64,000 bases of DNA from an uncultured Actinomycetota bacterium (GTDB lineage: Bacteria; Actinomycetota; Actinomycetes; JAHEKZ01): contig CAWHIJ010000003.1 of assembly GCA_963829525.1 (NCBI GenBank), positions 1,088,001 to 1,152,000 on the forward strand, in the 5' to 3' direction. Each line of letters starts with the position of its first letter. Position 1 is the first letter of the stretch. Below the pieces are notes generated by a model, which saw only the letters and a list, made by a program, of their open reading frames with translations, did not search any database and was not told the DNA's origin. Shown piece by piece: positions 11,930 through 23,677 of the stretch. The translations under genes were made by a program, and so were the position numbers.

Positions 11930-12273
11930 ATGGCCAGACCACTGCACCAGGCCAAAGCCGAGTTCTTCCGGACTCTGGGCCACCCTGCGCGGATCCGGGT
12001 CCTTGAGCTCTTGAGCGAGCGAGACCACGCGGTGCACGAGCTGCTCGAGGCAATCGAGATCGAGCCGAGCAACCTCTCCCAGCAGCTGGCCGTCCTGCGC
12101 CGCGCCGGTCTCGTCGATCCAGCGACGGGAGGCGGCGGCGGTCGTCTACGCGGTCGCCGTCTCCCGAGGTCCGCGACCTGCTGCTGGCCGCCCGGGCGAT
12201 CCTCGCTGCAGCTGCTCGCCGACCAGGACCAGCTCAGGCGCAGCTGCGTAGCACCCGGGGGAGCCGGCGATGA
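11930..12273 (+). CDS. ArsR/SmtB family regulator (Rv0081-like), frameshifted
   Basis: [53 protein letters not shown]; first gene of the Ehr operon. Confidence 0.9.
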
Positions 12274-12763
12274 GCCTGCGCGGCTGCTCGCCTCATCCGC
12301 GGCCGGGCCGGATCGCCGAGCCCGCGCCCGATGCACCCGACACCGCATGCCGTGACGCCACCGGGCACTGTGCCGGCAGCGTGCAGGTCCGGCACGTCGA
12401 CGCCGGCTCGTGCAACGGCTGCGAGATCGAGGTCGCGGCTGCCTTCGGGCCGGTCTACGACGCCGAGCGCTACGGCGCCCGGCTGGTGGCCTCGCCCCGG
12501 CACGCGGACGCGTGCTGGTCACCGGGGTGGTCACCCAGAACATGCTCGAGCCGCTGCGCCGGACGGTCGAGGCGACGCCCGAGGCCGCGGCGTCGTGGTC
12601 GCGATGGGCGACTGCGCGCGCAACTGCGGCGTGTTCGCCGGCGCGTACGGCGTGGTCGGTGCCGGTCGGCGACGTCGTCGACGTCGACCTCGAGATGCCC
12701 GGGCTGCCCGCCGGAGCCGCGACGCGATCGTCGAGGCGCTGCGCACGGTGACCGGTACGGTGA
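12270..12763 (+). CDS. Ehr/Hyc small subunit, NuoB/HycG-like Fe-S protein (Rv0082-like), frameshifted
   Basis: [56 protein letters not shown]. Confidence 0.88.
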
Positions 12764-14798
12764 CCCGGTCGCGAGGTCGGGCTGCTGGCTCAGCTGCGTG
12801 CTGGCGGTCGCTCGCCGTCGGCTGGTGCCGTTCTGCTCGACGCCGGCGGCGCTGCGCACCGCTGGCGCTGGGCCGTCTCGGCGGCGTCGGCATCGTCGGA
12901 GCCGTGACTGGTGCGCTGGCCTGGTCGGCGGCACGTGGCACGCGTTGCCGCTGCCGACCGCACTCGCCGTTCGCCCCGTTCGCCTTCGCCCCGGGCCGCT
13001 TGGGCGGCTTCTTCATGGTGGTGGTCGGCGCGGTCGGGGCGGTCGCCGTCGGTCTACGCGATCGGCTACGTGCACGGACCGTCGGCCTCGCGCACCGCGT
13101 GGATGGCGTTCGCCGTCTTTCTGCCTGGCGATGCAGTTGGTGCCCGCGGCCGCGGACGCCGTCTCGTTCCTGCTCGTCCTGGGAGGTGATGGCGGTCGCG
13201 CTCGACCGTCCTGCGTGCTCACCGACCACGCCCGCGGCGCGAGGTGCGCTCGGCCACCCTCTGGTACGCCGTCCATGACGCAGCTCAGCTTCCTGCTGCT
13301 GCTGGTCGGCTTCGCGCGTCCTCGCGCCGCGGCGGGCGGCACCGCGTTCGCGGCGATGCGCGGCGTCGACCGCTGCCTCGGCCGGCGCCAGCGTGGCCTT
13401 CGTGCTGCTCGTCGCTCGGGTTCGCCACCAAGGCGGGCATCGTGCCGCTGCACGTCTGGCTGCCCCGGGCGCACCCGGAGGCGCCGAGCCACGTGTCGGC
13501 GCTGATGAGCGCGGCGATGGTCAAGCTCGGCGTCTACGGCGCTGTGCTCGTCGTCGTCCGGCTGCTGCCCGGCGGCCCGCCTGGTGGGGGCTCCTGCTGC
13601 TCGGCGCTCGGCGCGCGTCTCGGCGGTCTTCGGCATCCTGCAGGCCTCGGTCGCCACCGACCTCAAGCGGCTGCTCGCCTACTCCACCACCGAGAACATC
13701 GGCCTGATGTTCATCGCGCTCGGGCGTCGGACTGCTCCTGCGCCCGACGGCGCGGTCGAGCCGGCGTCGCCGACGTCGCCCTCGTCGCCTGCCTGCTGCT
13801 CGTCGTCGGCCACGCCGCGTTCAAGACCGCTCTCTTCCTCGCCGCCGGCTCGGTGCTGCACGCGACCGGTCAGCGGGACCTCGACCGGCTCGGCGGCCTC
13901 GTGCACGCATGCCGTGGACGGCCGCCGCCTTCGGCGTCGCCGCGCTCGGCGCGGCCGGGCTGCCGGTCACCGCCGGCTTCGTCGCCGAGTGGGTGCTGCT
14001 GCAGGCGCTCATCCACGGCGCGGGCAGGCGCACGGATCGCCTCGTCGCCGTCGTGATGCCGGTCGCGGTGGCGCTGGTGGCGCTCACCGCGGGGCTGGCA
14101 CTGATGACTTCGTCAAGGCGTTCGGGATCGCCTTCCTCGCCCGGCCGCGCAGCGCCGAGGCCGCAGGCCGCGCACGAGAGCCGGCCCCGACGATGCGCGT
14201 CGCCATGGTGCACCGCGGCTGCCTGGTCGTCGTGCTCGGGCTCGTCCCCGGCCCGCGTGGCTCGGCTGGCGGCCACTGCGGCGGCGGCCTCGACCGGTGT
14301 CGGGGCCGTCGGGCCTGCGGCGGCATCGACCTCCCGTGCGTCGGCGCGGTGCTCGACCCGGTCGCGCTGGCCCTGCTGGCCGCTCGCGATCGCCGTTCCG
14401 GTGGTCGTCGTCTCGGCGCTGGCCTCGCGACGCCGGCGCCCGCCGCGCGGTCGACCTCGCCTGGGGCTGCGGCGGGGTGCGGGTCAGCCCGCGGATGCAG
14501 TACACCGCGACGTCCTACGCCGAGCCGCTCGTGCGCGTCTTCGACGACGCGCTGCGCCCGGAGCCGCGACGTCGAGGTGACCCACGCTGGCCGAGTCCCG
14601 CTACCTCGTCGAGCGCGATGCAGTTCCGGCAGCAGCGTCGGCGACGTCGTCGAGACGCGCCTCTACCGGCCGGTCATCGCGGGCGCCGACCGGCGTGGGC
14701 GTCGCTCGCCCGCCGGATGCAGAACGGCAGCATCCACCGCTACCTCGGCCTACTCGTTCGTCGCCTGCTGGTCGTGCTCGCTGGTGGTGTCGCTGTGA
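12760..14798 (+). CDS. hyfB: Proton-conducting membrane subunit, HyfB/NuoL-like (Rv0083-like), heavily frameshifted
   Basis: [84 protein letters not shown]. Confidence 0.82.
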
Positions 14799-15760
14799 AC
14801 GTCGAGCGCTCGCCGTCCTCGTCGTCGTCCAGGTGATCGTCATGGTCGTCGTCGCGCCGCTGCTCGTCGGCCTGATGCGCCAGGTGCGCGCCCGGCTGGA
14901 GGGCCGCGTCGGCGCCGGGATCCTGCAGCCGTGGCGCGACCTGCGCAAGCTGCTTGCGCAAGGAGCCGCTCAGGCCGCGGGCACCAGCTGGGTCCACGCC
15001 CTCGGCCCGGTCGTCCTGGTCGCCTCGAGCCTGCTGCTGTGCGCGCTGGTCCCGCTGGTCGGCGACCGTCGCGCTTCGCCGCTGGTGCCCGACGACCTGT
15101 TCGTCGTCGTCTCGGTGCTGCTGGTCGGCACCGTCGCGCTGGCCCTGGTCGGCCTCGACGCCGGCACCGCGTTCGGCGGCATGGGCTCCAGCCGGCACAT
15201 GACGATCGCCGCGCTCGTCGAGCCGACGGTGCTCGTCGCCGTCTACGCGCTGTCGGTGCCGGTCGGGTCGTCGGCGCTCTCGCAGATCGTCGACGGCGCG
15301 CCTCGACGACCCGGCCAGCGTCGCCGCCGCCGGTCAGCCTGCTCGCCGTCGTCGCGCTGGCGATCGCCGTCATCGCCGAGACCGGCCGCCTGCCGGTCGA
15401 CAACCCGCGACCCACCTCGAGCTGACGATGGTCCACGAGGCGATGGTCCTGGAGAGCTCGGGCCGCGACCTCGGCCTGGTCGAGCTGGGCTCGTGGCTGC
15501 GGCTGGCCGTGCTGCTCGGCCTGCGTCGGCAACCTGCTCGTCCCTGGGGGGTCGGCCACGACGTCACCGCCGGTGCCTGCTCGTGCGGCGTCGTCACGCT
15601 CGTCGTCAAGCTCGCCGTGCTGGGCGCCGTTGCTCGCCGCCGTCGAGGTGTTCCTCGCCAAGCTGCGGCTGTTCCGGGTTCCCGAGCTGCTGGCCGGCTC
15701 CTTCGTGCTCGCCTTCCTCGCCGTGACCGCCTCCTACCTGCGTGGCAGGGTAGCCGATGA
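14795..15760 (+). CDS. hycD: NuoH/HycD-like membrane subunit, frameshifted
   Basis: RQVRARLEGRVGAGILQPWRDLRKL, GLDAGTAFGGMGSSR, AETGRLPVDNP, HLELTMVHEAMVLE, KLRLFRVPELL. Confidence 0.88.
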
Positions 15761-16423
15761 CCGACGACCGTCTGTCGCCCAGCTCATCGGCATCGCGCCG
15801 GCGTACTCCTGCTCGTCGGCCGTGCTCCTCGTCTGGCGCCGCCACTGGTCGCCGCCGTCGCGGCTGCTCGCGCTGCAGGGCGTCGCCCTCGCCGCGTCTG
15901 GTCGCGGTCATCGGCGATCGACGAGCGCAGCGCCGAGCTCTCGGCGTCGCGGTGCTGCGTGCTGGTGTTCAAGGCCGTCGTGCTGCCGGCGTGCTGGCTC
16001 GCACGCGGCCGCGGGCGCGAGCACGCGCGAGGCAGCGCCGCTGATCAACACCACCGCCGTCGCTCATCGGCGCTGCGCTGCTCACCGTGCTCGCGTACGC
16101 TGGTGAGCCAGCCGCTGGCGGCGCTCGGCGACCGGCCCGACCATCGCGGCGGTTCCCGTCGGCGTCGCGCTGGTGCTGTATCGGCTTCCTGCTGCTGGTC
16201 ACGCCGGCGTCACGCGATCTCGCAGGTCGTCGGATTCCTCGTGCTGGACAACGGCATCGCCGCGTGGCGTTCCTCACCGCCGGAGGCGTCCCGCTCGTCG
16301 TCGAGCTCGGCGTCTCCCTCGACGTGCTGCTCGTCGTCCTGATCCTGTACGTCCTGACGGGCCGGATCCGCAGCGAGTTCGGCGACGCCGACCTCGACGA
16401 CCTGAGCGGAGCTGCGCGACTGA
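15757..16423 (+). CDS. hycP: HycP/HyfE-like membrane subunit, frameshifted
   Basis: [50 protein letters not shown]. Confidence 0.82.
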
Positions 16424-17878
16424 TGGCCGCCCTCGTGCTGCTTCCCACTGCTGGCCTGCCTCGCTGCTCGCCGTCGGCACGCGCCGCCGTCCGGTCGGCC
16501 GGCGCTCCACGGTTCGCCGGCGTCGCTGCGGCGACTGTCGGTGCTGGCCGTCCGGCGTGGCCCTGGTGCGTCGGCCGTCCTCGGCGGGCCGATCACCGAC
16601 CGCGCTCGGCGGGCTGCTGCGCGTCGACGCCCTGTCCGCCTACATGCTGATCGTCGTCGGGGCGGTCGGGCTGACCGCGACCTGGGGCGGCCTCGCCGAT
16701 CGACGCGGACGCCACCCGCGACGCGCGTCCTACCCGACCCTGATCGCGCTGTTCCTTGGCGGCGATGTCGCTGGCCGTGCTCGCCGACAACCTCGGCGTG
16801 CTGTGGGTCGCCGTCGAGGCGACCACGATCGCCACGGCCTTCCTGGTGGGCCACGCCGCAGCCGAGGTCGCTCGAGGCCGCCTGGAAGTACGTCGTCCTG
16901 GGTTCGGTCGGGGTCGCCATCGCCTTCCTCGGGATCGTGCTGCTCTACGCCGCGACGTTGGCTGCCGGGACCGCCGACCCTGTCCTGGTCGCAGCTCTCG
17001 ACGCCGGCGCCGCCGCTCGACCCGTCGCTGGTACCGTGGCCGGTGCGCTCGCCGTCCTCGGGTTCGCCACCAAGGCCGGGCTGGCCCCGATGCACAGCTG
17101 GCTCCCCGACGCGCACAGCCAGGCGCCCGCGCCGGTCTCCGGCCTGATGTCCGGCGTCCTGTTGTCGGTAGCGTTCTACGCCATCCTGCGGGTGCAGGCG
17201 GTCGTCGACCCGGTCGTCGGGCCAGGGTTGATGCGGGGAATGCTCGTCACCGCCGGCTTGCTCTCGCTCGCGATCGCGGCGCTGCTGATCCTGCGCCAGC
17301 GCGACCTCAAACGGATGCTCGCCTACTCCAGCATGGAGCACATGGGCCTGCTCGCACTGGCGGCAGCCATCGGCAGCACCTTGGCGCTCTCGGCTGCGTT
17401 GCTGCACGTGCTCGGCCACGGGCTGGCCAAGTCGAGCACCTTCGTCATCTCTGGTCGGGTGCTCAGCACCGAGGGCACCACCACGCATCGGCGTCAATGC
17501 GCACGCTGCTGGCTCGCCGGCCGGCCGTCGCCATCCCGTTCCTGGTCGGGATGCTCGCGCTGCTCGGGCTGCCCCCGTTCAGTCTTTTCTTCTCCGAGGT
17601 TGGCATCATCGTCGCCGGCGTCCAGGAGGACATGGCGTGGGCTGTGGCGCCAGCGGTCTTGCTGCTGCTCGTGCTCTTCGCTGCTCTCGGCCGGCACACC
17701 GTCGCCATGCTCTTCGGCGACACCTCCTATGAAGGCGACGACCAACCCGACCGGCGTCCGCACGGGCCTAGGCTTCCGATCCTGCTGGGCACTGGGAACC
17801 ACGGCAGTCATCGGCTTTGCCTCCGGATCGTTCGCGACGCTGCTGACCGAAGCTGCCAATGTGCTCGGGGGTGCCTGA
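16423..17878 (+). CDS. hycQ: HycQ/HyfF-like proton-conducting subunit, frameshifted
   Basis: [84 protein letters not shown]. Confidence 0.88.
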
Positions 17879-19355
17879 TGCGCGAGATCGTCGAGGTCAC
17901 GTCCGACACGTTGGCTGCTGAGGTCACGTCGCGGCTGGCCGACGGGTTCCGTGTCGCAATGGTAAGCGGCTCGCGAGGACGCTGACCGCCTGCGCGTCGT
18001 CTATGTTCTCGTGCGCAGTCGTGACGACCACCGTGTCGAACTAAGCCTTCCGGTCTCCAAACATGATCCGGTGGTTCCGAGCCTGGCCGCCTGTCGACTA
18101 CTCCCTTGGACGGTTCGAGCGTGAGGTGCGCGACCTGTACGGCATCATCCCAGCCGACCACCCGCTGCCCCAACGGCTGGTACGCCACGGCCACTGGCCA
18201 CGCGGCTATTACCCGATGCGCCGCAGCGCCGACCCGACACCGAGCTTCGACCTCGACGTCGGCTCCTTCCCCTTCCTCGAGGTTGCTGGCGACGGCGTGT
18301 ACGAGATCCCGGTCGGTCCGGTGCACGCCGGCCTCATCGAGCCAGGACACTTCCGGTTCTCCGTCGTCGGCGAGACGATTCTGCGGCTGAAGGCGCGACT
18401 GTGGTTCGTCCACCGGGGTATCGAGAAGCTCTTCGAGGGGCGCCGGCCGGGCGACGGAATCGAGTTGGCCGAGCGGGTCAGCGGTGACACCGCTGTCGGT
18501 CACACACTCGCGTACGTCATGGCAGTCGAGGACGCCGCCGGGATCGAGGTCACCGAGCACGACCGGCTGGTTCGCGCTCTGCTGCTGGAGCTCGAGCGGC
18601 TGCACAACCACATCGCGGACCTAGGTGCACTTGCCAACGACGTCGGCTACGGCATCGTCAACGTTCACGCGCAACGAATTCGTGAGCAGTTGTTACGCCT
18701 CAACAAGGTGACCACGGGGCACCGGCTGCTGCGTGGTGGGATCTCTATCGGCGGGGCGCGGGTGCTTGCGCTGCCCGACGTCGGACAGGTCGCTGAGGTG
18801 GCTGCTGCTGCCGCCGAGCTCGCCGCCATCACGTTGGGAAACTCCACGGTTCGCGACCGGTTTGCCGGAACGGCGGTGCTCGTGACCGAGACGGCGAAGA
18901 GTCTTGGCGCCCTCGGCTACGTGGCGAGGGCTTCTGGCATCGACGTCGATGCCCGCAACGACCACCCGTTCGTCGACCTCGGGCCAGGCTTTCAGGTCGT
19001 GCTCGAAAGCGGCGGGGACGTGCTGGCTCGCTACCTCGTCCGTCTGCGCGAGGTAGCGGTGTCGGCGGGGTTGATCGAGAGCCTGAGCACGCGGCTGGCT
19101 GGGAACTGTGGGAGCGGCACCCGTGCTGAGACGACGTCGATCGGCTCGGGCCTTGGGCTCGTCGAGGGGTGGCGGGGAACGATTGCCCACCGCGTCGAGC
19201 TGAACCGGACCGGCGAAGTGGCCCGGCTCAAGATCGTCGACCCGTCCTTCTTCAACTGGCCAGCCCTCCCAGTTGCATTGGCCGACACGATCGTTCCTGA
19301 CTTCCCACTGGTCAACAAGAGCTTCAACCAGTCTTATGCGGGCAACGACCTGTGA
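17878..19355 (+). CDS. hycE: HycE-like Ehr large subunit (NuoC/D fusion) lacking NiFe CxxC motifs
   Basis: FEREVRDLYGI, IPVGPVHAGLIEPGHFRFS, HRGIEKLFEG, ERVSGD, EGWRG, KIVDPSFFNWPAL, PDFPLVNKSFNQSYAGNDL. Confidence 0.9.
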
Positions 19356-19369
19356 CCGGGCGGATTCTC

Positions 19370-19432
19370 CTTCCGGATCGGGCCATCTCCACTTCCACAG
19401 TGCACCTGCAACCCGGGTAACCCGCAGGTCAG
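19370..19432 (+). repeat. Dispersed att-like repeat, copy A
   Basis: CTTCCGGA-N10-TCCACTTCCACAGTGC-N19-CGCAGGTCAG, the same spacing as the copy at 19692. Confidence 0.65.
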
Positions 19433-19691
19433 GTGAGGCAGTGGCAGTCTCACGAATGCTCTAAGGGGGCAACAGGGCCGGAAAATCGTTGGAGGACATC
19501 GCTCGGATCGCCGACGTATCAGTGTCGAGGGCCAACGTCGGCTGCGTGACCACAGCTGGTCGTCCAGTAGTCCTACCGACGATGTGGGAAGGAACCCCGT
19601 CGATCACCTGCGCCGAGATAGCTGACCTCATCAACCGCCAAGGGCCGCGCTCAGCGGTCAATTCCGGTCAGATCCGGTCGGGCCTTCCGGG

Positions 19692-19899
19692 CTTCCGGAT
19701 TCGAGTGAATCCACTCCCACGGTGCCTTTCACCCATGGCGACCACGCAGGTCAGCAGTGGTCCGTGGAGTTTTACGCACGTCCTACGGGGGACGGGGGCG
19801 GGACGTGCGGGAATCCTTGTGGGAAACCGGCTGGACCCTGCCGCGAACCGTTCGGATCGGGGCGGGGTAAGTCTAGGGGGCGGCGTTTGACGCCGGTTC
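19692..19899 (+). repeat. Dispersed att-like repeat, copy C (longest)
   Basis: CTTCCGGA-N10-TCCACTCCCACGGTGC-N19-CGCAGGTCAG, then an 82-bp block (19802-19883) that is 71/82 identical to 39810-39891. Confidence 0.75.
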
Positions 19900-20011
19900 G
19901 GCCCTGATGGAGCTGTCAGGGGGTTCGTTGCTGGCCGCGGAGATGCGTCCGAGGTCGCGACCCCCTACCCTCGGCAAGCTTGGTCAAAACCGCAGGAAGA
20001 GAGACACGAGC

Positions 20012-20815
20012 ATGCGTATCAAACCGTCACCCCTCTCCGCGATCCTCGCGATCCTCGGCTACATGGTGATCGTCTTCACCGTGTGGGGCGCCGTCGGGCT
20101 GAAGTACGACGAGGTCGGCGACACCCTGGAGAACGTCCAGAAGGGCGTGGTCCTCGCCGTCGGCCTTGGCGCCGCCTACCTGGTAGTCGTGACGACGTTC
20201 CTGGGCTGGTGGAAGCCCGCCATCCACGAACCACGCAAGGTCGGCAGCACGTGGATGTGGAGCATCCCCGTACTGCTCCTGATCGGGGCCGTCGTGAATC
20301 TGACAACAACGAAGTGGGGCGAGATCGACGGCGTGGCCAGCTACGCACTATGGCTGGCCATCGGCACCCTCCTCGTGGGCTTCTCCGAGGAGCTCTTGAC
20401 CCGCGGCATCGCGATCGTCGGCGCCCGCGGGGCGATGCACGAGAAATGGGTGTGGGTGTTCTCCGGTGTCATCTTCGGGCTGCTGCACGTGCCCAACGCG
20501 TTCTTCGGGCAGAGCGCGGCCGGCACCGTGCAGCAGGTGGTGTTCGCTTTCGGCATCGGGCTCACGTACTACGTCACTCGCCGCCTCGCCGGCACGCTGA
20601 TCGTCACGATGGGCCTGCACGCAGTCTGGGACTTCTCGGTGTTCATCCAGGAGCACTCAGTGTCCAACCTCGCGGACAAGCCCGTCGCACCGGCTGGCTT
20701 CGTCCTGTACATCGCCATCGCCCTCGGCATCGTCGCCCTGGTCAAGGTCCTCAAGGCCGGCGACGTCGTCGAGCCCGGCGGCGACCAGCTGGCCGCGTTC
20801 GACACGGCTCGGTGA
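20012..20815 (+). CDS. CPBP (CAAX protease/Abi) family intramembrane glutamic endopeptidase
   Basis: FSEELLTRG, FGLLHVPN and LHAVWD motifs in a multi-TM protein. Confidence 0.88.
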   Translation: MRIKPSPLSAILAILGYMVIVFTVWGAVGLKYDEVGDTLENVQKGVVLAVGLGAAYLVVVTTFLGWWKPAIHEPRKVGSTWMWSIPVLLLIGAVVNLTTTKWGEIDGVASYALWLAIGTLLVGFSEELLTRGIAIVGARGAMHEKWVWVFSGVIFGLLHVPNAFFGQSAAGTVQQVVFAFGIGLTYYVTRRLAGTLIVTMGLHAVWDFSVFIQEHSVSNLADKPVAPAGFVLYIAIALGIVALVKVLKAGDVVEPGGDQLAAFDTAR

Positions 20816-20966
20816 GGCCGGACACGCCAAGCATCGCCGGGTAGGTCTCCCCGGAGGTTCCACCGTCCGACGCCCCTCGTCTCAGCATTGCTTACGGGGG
20901 TAGGCGCAGTCGTACGCGCTCGGGTTGGCGCCCGGTCACAGGTCCATGACCATCTCTGTTGACTCT

Positions 20967-22169
20967 CTAGATGAGCAGACTCTCGGCGTAGGGGTAGGGC
21001 GCGAGCACCTCGGTACCCTCGGCTGTCACAAGGATCTCGTTGCCGAACTTGATTCCGACCGAGTGGCCAACCTCGCCCAGGTAGCACTCAACAACGAACG
21101 CCATGTTCTCCTCGATCACCGTTTCGGCGTTGGACTGCTCGTCCTCCGGGTGGCAGACGCTCGGTGATTCCTCCTCCAATCCAACGCTGTGGAGCATGAT
21201 CTCGTATCGCTGAGCGAAGTAGCGCTCGGGGATCTTCGGTGCGGCGGCGGCAAGCTCCCCACACGTGATCCCCGGGCGAACGAGTTCGGTCATCGCGGTG
21301 ACCCAATCGTGGGCGATGCGATAGAGGTCTCGCTGCTCGGTTGTCGGGGTCACATCGCCGCAGACGAACGCCCGCGATACGCAGAAGAAGCAACCTTCGA
21401 TGCCGACAGTGTCGGTGTCGATATAGACAAAGTCGCCGGCCTCGATCACCCGATCCGTCGCCTCCGCGCGCCAGGGGTTTGTATTCGGTCCGGAGCAGAC
21501 GGTGTTGGTCGCAAAGTACTCTGCGCCGCGGGCGAGCATCGCCCCCGCATACACGGCAAACAGCTCCTGCTCGGTAATGCCTGGAATGAGCGCCTTCTCG
21601 AACTCGCCAAGCCCTTCGACAACGAGCTGCCCGTTCAGTCGAAACGCCGCAACTTCCTGGGACGTCTTCACCTGACGCGCCTCCTGGGTGGTGGGTGAGG
21701 AGTCAACCAGCACCAATCCCTGGTCTTGCAGCGCCAATACGGCCGGCATTCCAAGGCGGTCAACACCGATACGCTCGCCCTTCACTCCGAGTTCACGGAG
21801 CGCTGCCACGGCCTCGCGCGCGAACACGCTGGCTTCTGCCGCAGGATCGTCGAAGAATTCCCAGAGATGCATTCGGCGCACGTCCTTGGCGCGAGTTGCC
21901 GAGCGATGCATCGAGTTGCCATGCTCAAACAAGATGGGATCTCCCTCGACCGGGACCACCGCACACCGGGTAAAGGTGCTCATACTCCAGATAGGCATGG
22001 CGGTAGCGCCAGTTGCGTACCGGGCGTTGGGCTCGCTGAACAGCAGGCACGCCTCTAGGTCGCGGGTGCGCATCGATGCTTGTAGGCGCGCCAAACGCTC
22101 TGTTCGCAACAAATCGACATCGATCGAGATGCGGGAGGCGGCGCTGGTTGGTTCGACAGACAGCGTCAT
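20967..22169 (-). CDS. M24 family Xaa-Pro peptidase-like protein, DddP-like
   Basis: RLARLQASM..LLFSEPNARYATG, SGPNTNPW, IDTD, HSVGL, VVECYLGEVG; RBS AGGAG. Confidence 0.85.
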   Translation of the reverse strand: MTLSVEPTSAASRISIDVDLLRTERLARLQASMRTRDLEACLLFSEPNARYATGATAMPIWSMSTFTRCAVVPVEGDPILFEHGNSMHRSATRAKDVRRMHLWEFFDDPAAEASVFAREAVAALRELGVKGERIGVDRLGMPAVLALQDQGLVLVDSSPTTQEARQVKTSQEVAAFRLNGQLVVEGLGEFEKALIPGITEQELFAVYAGAMLARGAEYFATNTVCSGPNTNPWRAEATDRVIEAGDFVYIDTDTVGIEGCFFCVSRAFVCGDVTPTTEQRDLYRIAHDWVTAMTELVRPGITCGELAAAAPKIPERYFAQRYEIMLHSVGLEEESPSVCHPEDEQSNAETVIEENMAFVVECYLGEVGHSVGIKFGNEILVTAEGTEVLAPYPYAESLLI

Positions 22170-22204
22170 CGGGTGGCTCCTATGGGGGAGTGCGGGCTGC
22201 TGCA

Positions 22205-22500
22205 GCATGCGGGGTCACGCTCTCCCAGTGCCGCGTTGCGATCAGATCGTCGTTCTCGAACATCTCAACGGTGAGATCGAAGAAGCAGTGAGAAGCGTCA
22301 CTCTTCAGCACCAAATGGGCCTTCGCAAGAGCAGTCACCGCGGGCAAGGTGACCTGCGGAGCGGGAGATCCGGCAGGGTCTTGGCGTGCGCGAGAACCGA
22401 AGGCGTGCTCGACTCGTGCCACCGGACCCACCGGCTTTTGCACCTGCGTTCTTTTCGCGAAAGCCGAGCATGCGGTCGACTTCGACGAGACGGGCCGGAT
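22205..22500 (-). pseudogene. 3' remnant, probably of a CocE/NonD (S15) hydrolase
   Basis: DPA..AKAHLVLKSDASHCFFDLTVEMFENDDLIATRHWESVTP resembles the CocE/NonD C-terminus; no 5' part is present. Confidence 0.4.
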
Positions 22501-22670
22501 CAAGCGCTGAAGGACCCTGGCCGGTCACCGCGTCAAACTTCCGAATGGATGGCAGGCTAGCTACGTGGATTCAGGGCTCGTCGCCGGTATGCCCTGGTGC
22601 GGGCAGCACGGCGGTACCGCGGGTCACTCGTCAGGGGGACGCTCGCTCATCGTTGACGCGCCGCGCGCGT

Positions 22671-23660
22671 CTAGGTGGGGCTCATCGTGTTCGAGGTGGC
22701 GGGTGGGTCGGTCGTGGGAGGGTCCGCGGAGGGGGTCGTTCGCCTCGGGGCTTCCTGTGCTGCGAGTAGGCGGCCGCGGACGCGGGGCTCGAAGGATGTG
22801 CGCAGCTCCGCCGGTGGCCGGACGTCCTGTGCCCACCGCCCGTAGCGGCGCGCCCCCGGGGACGCGCTCAGCCCGTGCAACAGGACGCTGAGCAGGACGG
22901 CGACCGAGATCGCCGCCAGGACTGTGCGGAGGTTCTCATCCCCTTCCAGGGTCTCGATCGCCAACAGCGCGAACACCACGCTGGCCAGGCCACGGGGGCC
23001 GAACCAGCCGATGAACAACCACGTGGGTGGACGAAATCCCGTGCCCACCAGGCTCAGGACCACAGGGCCCATGCGCAGCACGGTCAGGGCCAGCAGAGCG
23101 AACAGCAGCTCACGGGCACCGACCGCCGACCACACCAGGGGAACCGTCGCGAACCCGAAGACCAGCCACACCGCGTATCCCATCGGGTCAGCCAAGGCCT
23201 CGGTGAGCTCAAGTGCCGTGTCTTCGTGCTGGATCCACCGGGCGGTCCCGGCGAAGGCAGTGCCGGCGATGAACGCGGCGACGAACCCGTTGGCGACCAG
23301 CAGCAGTGCGCTGCCGTACGCCAGCAGGGGCAGGGTCAGCACCCCGAGGGCGCGACTGGCGGGCGTGCTCCACCGGGTGCGTCGCGACAGCCCGAGCAGG
23401 ATCCCGCCCAGGGAGCCCCAGACGATCCCCAGCGCAACCCCCAGACCGAGGTCGACCATGGCCGCGCCCAGGGATACGACCGGTTGCAGACCCTCCTGCC
23501 CGGCGAAGGCGGCCAGGGCAGAACAGGACCACTGGGGTGGCCAGGCCGTCGTTCAGGCCACTCTCCACGTTGAGCAGGCGACGCACCCGGATCGGCACCT
23601 GGGGGTTCAGGACGGTCGGCGCCCCCAGCCCGGCGTCGGTGGGGGCCAGCGCGGCGCGAG
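22671..23660 (-). pseudogene. NhaP-type cation:proton antiporter, 5'-truncated
   Basis: AALAPTDAGLG, LNVESGLNDGLATP, FIGWFGPRGLASVVF; the N-terminal helices are missing at the ~23660 junction. Confidence 0.8.
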
Positions 23661-23677
23661 ACAGCTCCGGGCCCTGA

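Noticed and set aside
2404-18060. Programmed frameshifting or mass pseudogenisation
   Set aside because: Indels are scattered, lack slippery motifs and cluster in compositionally odd blocks; sequencing error is more likely.
12270-19355. Functional NiFe hydrogenase or formate hydrogenlyase
   Set aside because: The large subunit lacks both CxxC motifs, and there are no hyp or fdh genes in the window.
19448-19470. IS terminal inverted repeat (CTCACGAATGCTCTAAG)
   Set aside because: No partner end or transposase found.
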